DNA of 64,000 bases, taken from the NCBI GenBank assembly GCA_016432485.1, contig CP066691.1, positions 587,538-651,537 on the forward strand, read 5' to 3'. The position numbers and the translations under genes are program-made. The stretch comes from Candidatus Niyogibacteria bacterium. Its GTDB lineage: Bacteria; Patescibacteriota; Minisyncoccia; HO2-45-28. How positions within the stretch are numbered: the first letter of the stretch is position 1; the number at the start of each line of letters is the position of its first letter. Below the pieces are notes generated by a model. It made no database searches and had not been told where the DNA came from. It saw only the letters and a list, made by a program, of their open reading frames with translations. Positions 1-8,275 of the stretch are shown here, piece by piece.

Positions 1-519
1 GATCCGAGCGAGCAGGTCTTTGGCGTCAAATTCTTCGGCCGCGGCAATAGTTGTCGAATACCCGAGGGTGTTGAGGATTCGATTTGCAAGGTCGGCACTT
101 CGGATTGCTGTATTTTCGCGGCAGCAGGCTCAGACGGCTTCACGTGCGAAAAGTTCAGCGGCAGCACGGCTGAAATGTTGCTCAATCGGCACTTCAAGGG
201 CACTATGCGTGCTTCACGAGTTGGCAACTGTGCTCTCGTCGGTCGTGAGGAAGACGACACGCCGAAAGATCCCATGACTCCGTCGATGGATCTCGACACC
301 AAACCAGGAGAAAAGGTGCTTTTCGATAAGCCCAACTCTGGCTATGAGCACGATAGCGCAACTGCCAGGAAGCATCTGAATATCGGTGATACATACACAG
401 TCGAACGTGTCGAGGTCGCAGACTGGTCAAGCGAAGTGTTTCTCAAGGAAGTGCCGGACGTCGGCTTCAATACTACGCATTTCCAGAATGTCCACGAGGC
501 GGCTGCTTCAACAACGTAG
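1..519 (+). CDS. hypothetical protein, 5'-truncated at window edge (Cys-rich)
   Basis: Frame 1 is open from nt 1 to the stop at 517-519. No motif recognised. Segment is GC-rich. A hairpin plus T-run follows. Confidence 0.35.
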   Translation, partial: DPSEQVFGVKFFGRGNSCRIPEGVEDSICKVGTSDCCIFAAAGSDGFTCEKFSGSTAEMLLNRHFKGTMRASRVGNCALVGREEDDTPKDPMTPSMDLDTKPGEKVLFDKPNSGYEHDSATARKHLNIGDTYTVERVEVADWSSEVFLKEVPDVGFNTTHFQNVHEAAASTT

Positions 520-540
520 ACAAACATGGCATCAACATAG

Positions 541-578
541 TCCTGTCAGGAAAAACCTGACAGGACTTTTTATTTTTA
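541..578 (+). terminator. rho-independent terminator
   Basis: cctgtcagg-aaaaa-cctgacagg hairpin followed by TTTTTATTTTT. Confidence 0.6.
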
Positions 579-770
579 AGGCTTCCACAACATGTTCGAA
601 CCGCTCCAAAAACCGAAAAACTCACTATTTATAATGTAAATCTGAGGCAATGATTCGTAAGTGAAATTCCCTGTATCTTGCTCACGCCAAAATAGCGTAT
701 GTTAGAACCCGCAAAAGTTGTGAAAAGAGAACGGTCTAAGCGTTGCCGAATCGATGAAGTTGAAATTCTG

Positions 771-841
771 TGCGAGCGGCGAGAATCGAACTCGCATCCC
801 CTGCTTGGAAGGCAGGTATTTTGCCACTAAACTACGCTCGC
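771..841 (-). tRNA. tRNA-Gly(TCC)
   Basis: Hand-folded cloverleaf: acceptor GCGAGCG/CGCTCGC, anticodon stem CCTGC/GCAGG with loop CTTCCAA, T-arm GAGTTCGATTCTC. Confidence 0.8.
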
Positions 842-1336
842 AAATATTTTTAAATTTCAAAACTGCGCTCTGTATTCACGGGATCCTCGCAAAACATAAT
901 CGCTCAAACTGCGTTTTCGCTTCTTGTTTTGCGGGAGAAAACTCTTATTCTGCCATTAAACTAATCCCGCTACCTGACAAACAATTTAAATCTTAATAAA
1001 AAATCCTTTGAAATACAAACCGCCCCGCAGTTGCGGGGCGGTTTCAATGACCAAAAGCCAAACTATAAAGGTCAGCTGAATGGCCAGGATGAATTATTGG
1101 TTTTCTCCTTCTGACGGCTGTTGGGCTCCTTCCTCGGCAGGATGAGTTTCCGCGTCGTGCTGTTCCAAGTTATCCACCTCGGTGTTGCATTTTGGACAAT
1201 TCATAAATAAATATAAATGCGTTTAAACTGGCAATCTATAGAACACCGACCTTTGTCTATCTATTATACTACCTATGGCGAAAAAATCAAGGTTGTGTAA
1301 GGACTTGCCCAAAACAGCTAAGTTTTTGTAAAAAAG

Positions 1337-1370
1337 ATTGAGCCCTCGGACTTCTGTCCGAGGGCTCACC
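1337..1370 (-). terminator. terminator of protease gene
   Basis: gagccctcggac-ttct-gtccgagggctc hairpin, followed by a T-run on the minus strand. Confidence 0.5.
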
Positions 1371-1390
1371 GTTTGCCGGGGTGTTTGTGT

Positions 1391-2245
1391 TCATTGCAAC
1401 CGAAAACCTTGCTGGGCCAACCGATTTTTTATTACCTCCATCATGATAACCCAGCCTAGCCTTTGGGCTTTTGTGAACGAACCTTGGGAGAGTCCCACCA
1501 GCTCGTAGTCGCCGTCCCGAATGGCGATGACCGGCGCCCCGCTGTCGCCGGGGTTGAGGCCATTTGAGACCATGAAGGCATTCCGGGCGACAGAGTTCAC
1601 CAGGGAGACGGCCTGTGGCGCCCTCAGCGAACTCACGATTCCCTCACGGACGTTGACCCCGAAATTCATGGGGTTTCCGATGAGATAGACGAAATTCCCC
1701 ACTTGGAGGTCGTCACTGTTCCCGATGCGATACGGGAAAGACTTCAGGCGGAGCTCCGCGGGAATGCGGAAAAGGGCCACGTCCACGTTCTTATCGGCCA
1801 CCAGCCGCTCGAGCGCATAACTCCGGCCCCCGTGCTCCAGGTAGGTCCGCTCGTCCACTTTCGTGGCCCGCAACGCCACCTCGCCTAATGGCGTGGTGAT
1901 GGCCGCGTTCTCGACGGAAACGACATGCTCCACCGTCAGCAGATACTTCCCGAATAGCGCAATGCCTGTTCCCCTCAGGCTCCGATTCAGGACTTTCCCT
2001 TCCTCCCCCCGGAACTTCACCTCTGTGCGGAGAGAATACAGGGACTCGATGATCCGGGTCAGGTTCATACGCCGCGGATTGACCAGGAAGGTATTGTAGT
2101 CATACTGCCCGTCGTGCATGAAGAGCAACGGCGGGGACGAGGTCGGTGTGGTTGTACTCCGGGCGCCTGTGCACCCCGAAATCACCAATAGAGACGCCAA
2201 AACAACCGAAAACCGTTTGTTCATGTTCTTTCTCCCCTTTTTCAA
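1391..2245 (-). CDS. trypsin-like (S1 family) serine protease, predicted lipoprotein
   Basis: N-terminal signal peptide with lipobox LLVISGC. GDSGAPV catalytic-Ser motif. Markedly higher GC than the bulk of the window. Confidence 0.7.
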   Translation of the reverse strand: MKKGRKNMNKRFSVVLASLLVISGCTGARSTTTPTSSPPLLFMHDGQYDYNTFLVNPRRMNLTRIIESLYSLRTEVKFRGEEGKVLNRSLRGTGIALFGKYLLTVEHVVSVENAAITTPLGEVALRATKVDERTYLEHGGRSYALERLVADKNVDVALFRIPAELRLKSFPYRIGNSDDLQVGNFVYLIGNPMNFGVNVREGIVSSLRAPQAVSLVNSVARNAFMVSNGLNPGDSGAPVIAIRDGDYELVGLSQGSFTKAQRLGWVIMMEVIKNRLAQQGFRLQ

Positions 2246-2464
2246 GGAACGGAGGACATCCGTTCGGATTGTGAGATTTGATTCTTTGCTCGCCCCTTAA
2301 CAACCTTTAGGTCTGCTTGGGGTAAACAAAAATCCGGCGCCAACTCAAATTCCCTAGCCCAGGAATAGAGTCGACGCCGGATTTTCCGGTTTGCCCTTTT
2401 CTTTTTAGCTTACGTTTCCATTATACTCCTCCCACAGAAAAAGTCAATAGCGTCTTATGTATAG

Positions 2465-2535
2465 TCGGGGTGCCGAGAATTGAACTCGGTCTACCTGCTC
2501 CCAAAGCAGGTGTACTGCCGGTATACTACACCCCG
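2465..2535 (-). tRNA. tRNA-Pro(TGG)
   Basis: Acceptor CGGGGTG/CACCCCG, anticodon loop TTTGGGA, T-arm GAGTTCAATTCTC. Confidence 0.8.
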
Positions 2536-2552
2536 ATGAATTTTACTGGATA

Positions 2553-3178
2553 TGTTTCACGTTTTACATTTATAAAAGAGGTTAAAGTCCTATGTCATTT
2601 GTAATCCTAATTTTAACCCTTTTAGCCCCAAAATCAAGAAAGACGGCCACGATATTAACTTGCCATTCAATATCATCGTCTATATTTTTTTCTATTAAAT
2701 ATGTCTGGATAGCTCGGGAAAGTCTTTTTAACTTCCAGGGGTGAACATTATCTTCAGGTTCATATTCTTCCCAATCCCGAACCGAGTTCGGAATGGTTTC
2801 ATGTGAAACAGTCTTAACTTCAAAAAAATGAATAATAGAACCTTTTTGGGCTACAATATCTATTTCTCCCCATTTTCTTAAATAATTTCTATCTAAAATC
2901 TTAAATCCGTGTTTCACAAGATGTTTCACACAATATTTTTCTCCAACATCTCCGATTTTTCTTTTTTCAGATGGCATTTTGTTTCACGTTTTACATTTTT
3001 ACTTAGTTTTCTCTAGCGCGATTTATTTATTATTTGCTCGCGCAAATACATTGTCAAGAAAAGGATGCTTTGTTTCACGTTTTACACTATTGGACATTAT
3101 AATAATATCAGACACATCAGTTTTAAATTATGTCCGTTATATATTTATGCAAATAAAAAATGTAAAACGTGAAACAAA
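2553..3178. repeat. four copies of a 17-nt motif TGTTTCACGTTTTACA (3 direct, 1 inverted) flanking yraN
   Basis: Copies at 2553-2570, 2979-3000, 3070-3087 and 3161-3178 (the last inverted). Copy 2 lies immediately upstream of the yraN ATG. Copies 3 and 4 form an inverted pair that encloses a second inverted repeat, ggacattat...attatgtcc. Confidence 0.8.
2582..2977 (-). CDS. yraN: YraN/UPF0102 family predicted endonuclease
   Basis: 131 aa; GEIDIVA...FFEVK core typical of the UPF0102 PD-(D/E)xK-like family. Confidence 0.6.
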   Translation of the reverse strand: MPSEKRKIGDVGEKYCVKHLVKHGFKILDRNYLRKWGEIDIVAQKGSIIHFFEVKTVSHETIPNSVRDWEEYEPEDNVHPWKLKRLSRAIQTYLIEKNIDDDIEWQVNIVAVFLDFGAKRVKIRITNDIGL

Positions 3179-3212
3179 TTTTGTTTTTAACAAGATATGT
3201 AAGTTACGAATG

Positions 3213-3283
3213 TGGACCTGAGGGAAATCGAATCCCTGTCTCCGCAATGCGAATGCGGTGTATTACCACTATACTACAGGCCC
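3213..3283 (-). tRNA. tRNA-Ala(CGC)
   Basis: Acceptor GGGCCTG with G3:U70, anticodon stem CCGCA/TGCGG with loop TTCGCAT, T-arm GGGATTCGATTTCCC. Confidence 0.8.
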
Positions 3284-3361
3284 AAAAATCTCGAAGAAAA
3301 ACGGATTTCTATGAGATGGACAAAATTAACTCTAACAAATTTTTGGATAAAATAAAATCGC

Positions 3362-4237
3362 CTAAACTAGGCGATTCCATTTTTTCTCTTTTTGCCGGTG
3401 TTTTACGGCTAGCGTCGGAAACCACGGATAAGCGATAAAAACCGAACCAAAACTGTGAGCAGAGGCGCCGATTTCTTCATTTTTTATTATATCTTCATAA
3501 TCCCAGACAGGCACGATGATCGGAGTATTACAGTAATTCATCAGTTTTTTCGCCATATCCTCATAAAACCATCTGACGATTTTTCCGGAAACCCCTCCGC
3601 CGCCGTATTTTTTAAAATAACCGGAGCCATCGGGAAAAATTAAATTCCAAGGCACCGTGTTGAAAGAAATCGCGGCAACATATCTTTCTGCCTCGCGAGC
3701 AATTCGGCAAAAATTTTGGGCATAAGAGAGTTTGAGTATAATAGGGTGGCGGCAATTTTCGTAAAGCCGGCGGCAAGAGTCAATGGTTGATTCGGCATTT
3801 TCAGTCATTTCTTCTTCGGTGTTGGGACAGCTGGCATTAAGCTCCACCGCGGTCAGGGGGAGGGAATTAAACTCGCGCGTTATAGATGATAATTCAACGC
3901 CATATGAAGCAATTGAGAAAACGACGTCTCGATTAAAATCAATTTTTGCTAAATATTTTGTTTTCCATCCTAAAAAGCCCGGGTTCGGCAGGCCAAGACA
4001 ATTTACAAAACCAACCAGCTCGCCATTTTCATAAATCGGCCTTACTTTAAACCATGGTATTCTGCCGTTTCCTTGGCGTTCGTCCGGCGTTATTGTTTTT
4101 AAAACGACGCAAAAAAGAGACGGATCAAAATATTTCTTCGGCAGGCATTTTTCCCAAGGCCATCCGAGGCCGTCAAAGCCTAGAGAGCCGGAAGAGGCAA
4201 AAAATTCAAATTTTTTATTCCCGAATTTTATAGCCAA
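3362..4237 (-). CDS. dihydroorotate dehydrogenase-like TIM-barrel flavoprotein (class 1 DHOD family)
   Basis: NASCPNT active-site Cys motif, FNTVP motif, GGGGVSG near the C-terminus. Confidence 0.55.
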   Translation of the reverse strand: MAIKFGNKKFEFFASSGSLGFDGLGWPWEKCLPKKYFDPSLFCVVLKTITPDERQGNGRIPWFKVRPIYENGELVGFVNCLGLPNPGFLGWKTKYLAKIDFNRDVVFSIASYGVELSSITREFNSLPLTAVELNASCPNTEEEMTENAESTIDSCRRLYENCRHPIILKLSYAQNFCRIAREAERYVAAISFNTVPWNLIFPDGSGYFKKYGGGGVSGKIVRWFYEDMAKKLMNYCNTPIIVPVWDYEDIIKNEEIGASAHSFGSVFIAYPWFPTLAVKHRQKEKKWNRLV

Positions 4238-4374
4238 ATTTCGTCTCCGCTTTTAAGAAGATCTCTGATATTTATTTATATCAGAAAACGAAATTTTAGC
4301 AAACGCTTTTTAAAAAATGTTTGTGAGAAATTATCTGGTATTTCTCTTTCCAAAATTTGAAATGTCTAACTTGG

Positions 4375-4441
4375 TCGGGATGCTGGGAATCGAACCCAGT
4401 CTTTGCCTCCTTCGGAGCCACGGACTTCCGCAGGAAGTCCG
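4375..4441 (-). pseudogene. tRNA-Pro(CGG) 3'-half remnant (32-nt exact copy) plus a 9-bp hairpin
   Basis: tcgggatgctgggaatcgaacccagtctttgc is identical to 4472-4503 of the intact tRNA. No D-arm or 5' acceptor strand could be found. The hairpin cggacttcc-gca-ggaagtccg lies at 4421-4441. Confidence 0.55.
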
Positions 4442-4471
4442 GAAATTTTTATTGTTGTTTTACGAATCCTG

Positions 4472-4542
4472 TCGGGATGCTGGGAATCGAACCCAGTCTT
4501 TGCGCACCCGAAGCGCACGTACTGCCGGTATACTACATCCCG
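4472..4542 (-). tRNA. tRNA-Pro(CGG)
   Basis: 71-nt cloverleaf; anticodon stem TGCGC/GCGCA with loop TTCGGGT. Confidence 0.8.
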
Positions 4543-4561
4543 CTTTCGCCTTGCTGCAGAT

Positions 4562-6022
4562 TTATTTCACATAATACCTTTGTTTAATTTTACCGACCTC
4601 CTCTTCTTCCAGGCCGATTTTTTTATGTTTGGCTGACTCGCGTAATTTCCCTAATTCTTTCTCCGACACGGCGCAGAGTTTTTTGATTCGGCCTTCGAGG
4701 TAATCTTTGCTGTTTAATTTCGGGTCGTCAAGCACTTCTTCAAGCAAAACATCAAGTATCGCGCCTATTTTAGGACCGGGCTCAAATGCGCAAATCCGCA
4801 TAATGTCGTCGCCTTTGATTTTGAGCATTTTAACCGAGATCGGGTCGCGCTGGACCTTGTCAACCATAAACTGGAAGTGGCGCAGTTTGTAGGGCTCGGC
4901 TTTGGGCACGCCCGACCCCACGCGGTCGCAAATCCGGACTTTAATTAAATCATTCATATCTTCAGCGCCAACTCTCGCTACAAGCCGCCTGACCGAGGAC
5001 TCCGTAACCTCGCCGACATTGTAATAAAAAAGGTGATAGCGCACCAGTTTGGTTACTTTATCAATAAATTTTTTGGGAAAGCGCAGGCGCGACAAAATCG
5101 CGGCAGTCATTTTCGCGCCCACAATTTCATGATTATAAAAAGTTGAATCCTTGCCGTCGCCATGCTTGGTGCGCGGCTTGCCGACATCGTGAAGGAGCGC
5201 TGACATTCTGATATCAAGCGGCCATTTTTCTTTAACCGCTCGGTCAAGCGAGCGCAAATTATGCTCCCAAACGGTGTAAATGTGATGTTTATTTTGAGTA
5301 ACATTCCAGCCCTCTTCAAGTTCGGGCATAACGAATTTCAAAATGCCGAGTTCCCGCATAGCTTCCAAACCTCGCGAGGCATTATCCGATTCAATCGTTT
5401 TTATGAGTTCGTCGCGAATCCGTTCTTTGGATATGAATTCCAGAAGCCCGCGCTTTTCGCGAAGCGCTTCCAGCGTTTTATCTTCAATTGAAAAACCGAG
5501 TTCGGCTTCAAAACGCAGAGCCCGCATAATGCGCAAAGCGTCTTCTCCAAATCTTTCTTCCGGATTGCCGACCGCGCGAATAATTTTATTTTTCAAATCT
5601 TTCTCTCCGCCGAAATGGTCTATCAGTTCTTGGTCTTTAGTTTTTAGTTTCAATGCCAGCGCGTTTATAGTAAAATCCCTGCGCTTCAAATCGTCTTCAA
5701 GTTTGTCGGTGAACTTAACCGCGTCGGGATGGCGTTTGTCGGTGTACTTTTCTTCAATACGATACGGAGTTATTTCAACTACCGCAAGCGTTGGGTCGTC
5801 AGAGCCGGTCTTGACCCCGACTGTTCCGAAATCGTTTTCATAAAAACTATCGGCAGGGAAAATTTTTTGAATTTCTTCCGGCTTGGCGTTTGTGGTTATG
5901 TCCCAATCCTTTGGCGCTCGTCCCAACAGCAAATCTCTTACGCATCCGCCGACCAAATACGCCTCGTATCCGGCGCCCGTAAGCGCCTCGTAAACCTCTT
6001 TAATTTCTTTCGGGATTTTCAT
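4562..6022 (-). CDS. cca: CCA-adding tRNA nucleotidyltransferase with HD domain
   Basis: N-terminal GGCVRDLLLG pol-beta nucleotidyltransferase motif; HD motif LLHDVGKP. Confidence 0.85.
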   Translation of the reverse strand: MKIPKEIKEVYEALTGAGYEAYLVGGCVRDLLLGRAPKDWDITTNAKPEEIQKIFPADSFYENDFGTVGVKTGSDDPTLAVVEITPYRIEEKYTDKRHPDAVKFTDKLEDDLKRRDFTINALALKLKTKDQELIDHFGGEKDLKNKIIRAVGNPEERFGEDALRIMRALRFEAELGFSIEDKTLEALREKRGLLEFISKERIRDELIKTIESDNASRGLEAMRELGILKFVMPELEEGWNVTQNKHHIYTVWEHNLRSLDRAVKEKWPLDIRMSALLHDVGKPRTKHGDGKDSTFYNHEIVGAKMTAAILSRLRFPKKFIDKVTKLVRYHLFYYNVGEVTESSVRRLVARVGAEDMNDLIKVRICDRVGSGVPKAEPYKLRHFQFMVDKVQRDPISVKMLKIKGDDIMRICAFEPGPKIGAILDVLLEEVLDDPKLNSKDYLEGRIKKLCAVSEKELGKLRESAKHKKIGLEEEEVGKIKQRYYVK

Positions 6023-6053
6023 TTATTATCTGTAATAATTTATATTACAAGCG

Positions 6054-6815
6054 CTATTTGATTTTTCTTGCGGCAAAAATAATCGTGGCCGGGATTTTTT
6101 TAGCAAGCATCAGCCATTCGTTGTAATACTTCGTTGAACGAACGGCCGGCTTTGGTTCAAGCATTTTTTCTATAAAAAATTCGTTTTTTGCAAGCGCGTT
6201 GATTATACGTCCCACGGTTCTATGATAAATATAAAACGGAGCTTCTTTTTTTCCGCCGGACATAGTGAAATGAACTTTTCTCTCGGTAATATAATCCAAA
6301 GATTTGTCGCTGCGCTTTTCGCCATCCGAACGCGTCCCCGACCAGACAGGATGATTCAGGCTGAAAATGAATTTTCCGTCCTTTTTTAAAAATCGGCGAA
6401 CCTCGGCGAATAAACGGTTTAAGTCCTTGATATACTGAAACGCGTAATTGGAAACGACTAAATCAAAAGTATTTTTGGGAAAGTCTTTTGTATTTATCTT
6501 ATTTAAATCCTTTTTCAAAAAATTTGCCTTCAGACGCGCTTTTTTCATTCTGTTTTCAGCCAATTCAAGCTGTTTTTCTGAAAAGTCCGCCGCTGTAACT
6601 TTAGCGCCTTGTTTTGCCAGCCACCAAACATCCGGCCCGGAACCGCATCCCAAAACCAAGACCCTCTTGTTTCTTAACGGCGGGAGTAACTTCGCGTCTT
6701 TTTCCCAAGGGCCATAGGGACCCCAAATCAAACCGCGCTTAAAAAGCGGCTCCCATTCTTCAAAAAATGTTTTCGCCGCGGCATCCCAGCTTTTTTCTAA
6801 AATAATTTTAGCCAC
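6054..6815 (-). CDS. class I SAM-dependent methyltransferase
   Basis: VLVLGCGSGPD motif I; downstream D/E and acidic motif. Confidence 0.75.
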   Translation of the reverse strand: MAKIILEKSWDAAAKTFFEEWEPLFKRGLIWGPYGPWEKDAKLLPPLRNKRVLVLGCGSGPDVWWLAKQGAKVTAADFSEKQLELAENRMKKARLKANFLKKDLNKINTKDFPKNTFDLVVSNYAFQYIKDLNRLFAEVRRFLKKDGKFIFSLNHPVWSGTRSDGEKRSDKSLDYITERKVHFTMSGGKKEAPFYIYHRTVGRIINALAKNEFFIEKMLEPKPAVRSTKYYNEWLMLAKKIPATIIFAARKIK

Positions 6816-6852
6816 TGATTAATTATACTCTTTTTATGCCATTCGTTTTTCT

Positions 6853-6881
6853 TGACAAAATTATTATTTGGGTGTATAATA
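6853..6881 (+). promoter_or_regulatory. consensus sigma70-type promoter (TTGACA-17 bp-TATAAT)
   Basis: ttgacaaaattattatttgggtgtataat matches both consensus hexamers exactly with a 17-bp spacer. Confidence 0.55.
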
Positions 6882-6906
6882 GAAGATGGTAGAATAAACA
6901 AACGAA

Positions 6907-6944
6907 GAAAAAAGCCGTCGCGCGGAGCGCGGCGGCTTTTTTCT
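6907..6944 (+). terminator. GC hairpin + T-run about 30 nt downstream of the consensus promoter (candidate short RNA or leader)
   Basis: gccgtcgcgcggagcgcggcggc followed by ttttttc. There is no upstream plus-strand gene to terminate. Confidence 0.4.
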
Positions 6945-6983
6945 TTGGTTTCCATCGTTTTTATGGGACAATGGCTGTATTAC

Positions 6984-7056
6984 GCGCCCGTAGCTCAACG
7001 GATAGAGCGCCTGGCTTCGGACCAGGAGGTTGTGGGTTCGAATCCTGCCGGGCGCG
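6984..7056 (+). tRNA. tRNA-Arg(TCG)
   Basis: Acceptor GCGCCCG/CGGGCGC, D-arm TAGCTCAACGGATAGAGC, anticodon loop CTTCGGA, T-loop TTCGAAT. Confidence 0.85.
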
Positions 7057-7307
7057 CCGAAGCGACAGCGAGGCGCGAACGGAGCGAACAAACTGCTTTG
7101 TTCGCGTCAGGATGAGAAGGATTTTCTGATGTCTCTTGACCAGAAAATCCAGGCCCGAAGGGGAATCCTGCCGGGCGCGCCGAAGCGACAGCGAGGCGCG
7201 AACGGAGCGAACAAACTGCTTTGTTCGCGTCAGGATGAGAAGGATTTTCTGATGTTTCTTGACCAGAAAATCCAGGCCCGAAGGGGAATCCTGCCGGGCG
7301 CGCCGAA
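7040..7307. repeat. 123-bp tandem repeat, 2.2 copies, each starting with the last 19 nt of tRNA-Arg(TCG)
   Basis: gaatcctgccgggcgcgcc occurs at 7040, 7163 and 7286. The units differ by a single mismatch. Each unit carries the hairpin gcgaacaaa-ctgc-tttgttcgc. Confidence 0.85.
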
Positions 7308-7391
7308 TCTAGATAAACTACGCGTGTATTGAAAAAATACTGCTTGTGTGTTTATATCGGTTTAGATGGAAATAAGCCAGGAGGGACGACG

Positions 7392-8237
7392 ATGGAGTTG
7401 TTTCTTGACACCTGTGAAATTGAAGAGATAAGAAGGGCGGTCGCGACAGGACATATTTCGGGAGTCACCACGAATCCAACGCTTGCCAAAAAAGCGAACA
7501 GACCGGATTACAAAACGCTCATTCAGGAAATTCGCGATGTTTTTGCCGCAAATAATCTGCCGGCGGCTATAAGCGCCCAGGTAACCGAGAATCAGCCTCC
7601 TGAAATAATGTATAAAGAAGGCATGGATTTTTGGATGATGGATGCTCGAAGAATAGTTGTCCAGGTTCCCGCAACCAGAATCGGCCATAAAGCTATGGAA
7701 AGATTAAAACGGCCCGCGGATCTTGAAGTCAGAACTAACGTCACCCTAATTTTTGATCCGTGGCAGGCGCGCCAAGCAATGCTGGCGAGAGCGGATTTTA
7801 TAAGTCTTTTTCTGGGGAGCAAAGAAAAAGAGGCCATAGATCAATACGTGGCGGATAGAATGTTACAAAAATACGGCAGCACAAACCTCGATTGGCAGGT
7901 TTTTAACAAAAAAATTGCAGAAGAAAATGAAAGATTTTATGAAGAAGAGATCGTGAGAACAGGAACGCCGGAGGATTTTATCTGCAAAACACTCGCTTTG
8001 ATAACACAGATAAGAGACGTGGGCCGTTTCGCGACAAAAATTGTGGCGGCCAGCATAAGAGAAATGAGACACGTAGAAATCGCGAAGTGCCATGGGGCGG
8101 ATATAGCAGCGGTGCCTCCTGAAATTTTTTGGGAATTATACGCGGAAGGATTTAAACTTCTTGATAAAGACGACCTCGGTCTTACTCTTAAAGGAGTTGA
8201 AAGATTTTTGGAAGACAGGAAATTTTTAATCTCGTAA
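7392..8237 (+). CDS. transaldolase / fructose-6-phosphate aldolase family protein
   Basis: MELFLDTCEIEEIRRA...GVTTNPTL N-terminal signature. GGAGGG Shine-Dalgarno 7 nt upstream. The ORF track starts 63 nt earlier. Confidence 0.7.
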   Translation: MELFLDTCEIEEIRRAVATGHISGVTTNPTLAKKANRPDYKTLIQEIRDVFAANNLPAAISAQVTENQPPEIMYKEGMDFWMMDARRIVVQVPATRIGHKAMERLKRPADLEVRTNVTLIFDPWQARQAMLARADFISLFLGSKEKEAIDQYVADRMLQKYGSTNLDWQVFNKKIAEENERFYEEEIVRTGTPEDFICKTLALITQIRDVGRFATKIVAASIREMRHVEIAKCHGADIAAVPPEIFWELYAEGFKLLDKDDLGLTLKGVERFLEDRKFLIS

Positions 8238-8275
8238 TCTTTCGCGCAGCTTGGCGGTCCGACCGCCAAGTTTTT

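Noticed and set aside
1098-1208. 36-aa minus-strand ORF MNCPKCNTEV... with a single CxxC
   Set aside because: It is too short, with only one Cys pair and no ribosome-binding site. It cannot be supported from sequence alone.
4317-4636. Three overlapping plus-strand ORFs (76-85 aa)
   Set aside because: They lie across tRNA-Pro(CGG) and its partial duplicate. Their peptides contain the conserved tRNA T-arm translations (GMLGIEPS) seen whenever tRNAs are translated.
7040-7307. Possible CRISPR array
   Set aside because: The units are 123 bp and near-identical end to end, with no variable spacers. No cas genes are present. This is a tandem duplication, not a CRISPR array.
7030-7332. 100-aa ORF with an internally repeated peptide (ILPGAPKRQRGANGANKLL...)
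   Set aside because: It is simply the translation of the 123-bp tandem DNA repeat downstream of tRNA-Arg. It has no ribosome-binding site and its frame runs out of the tRNA.
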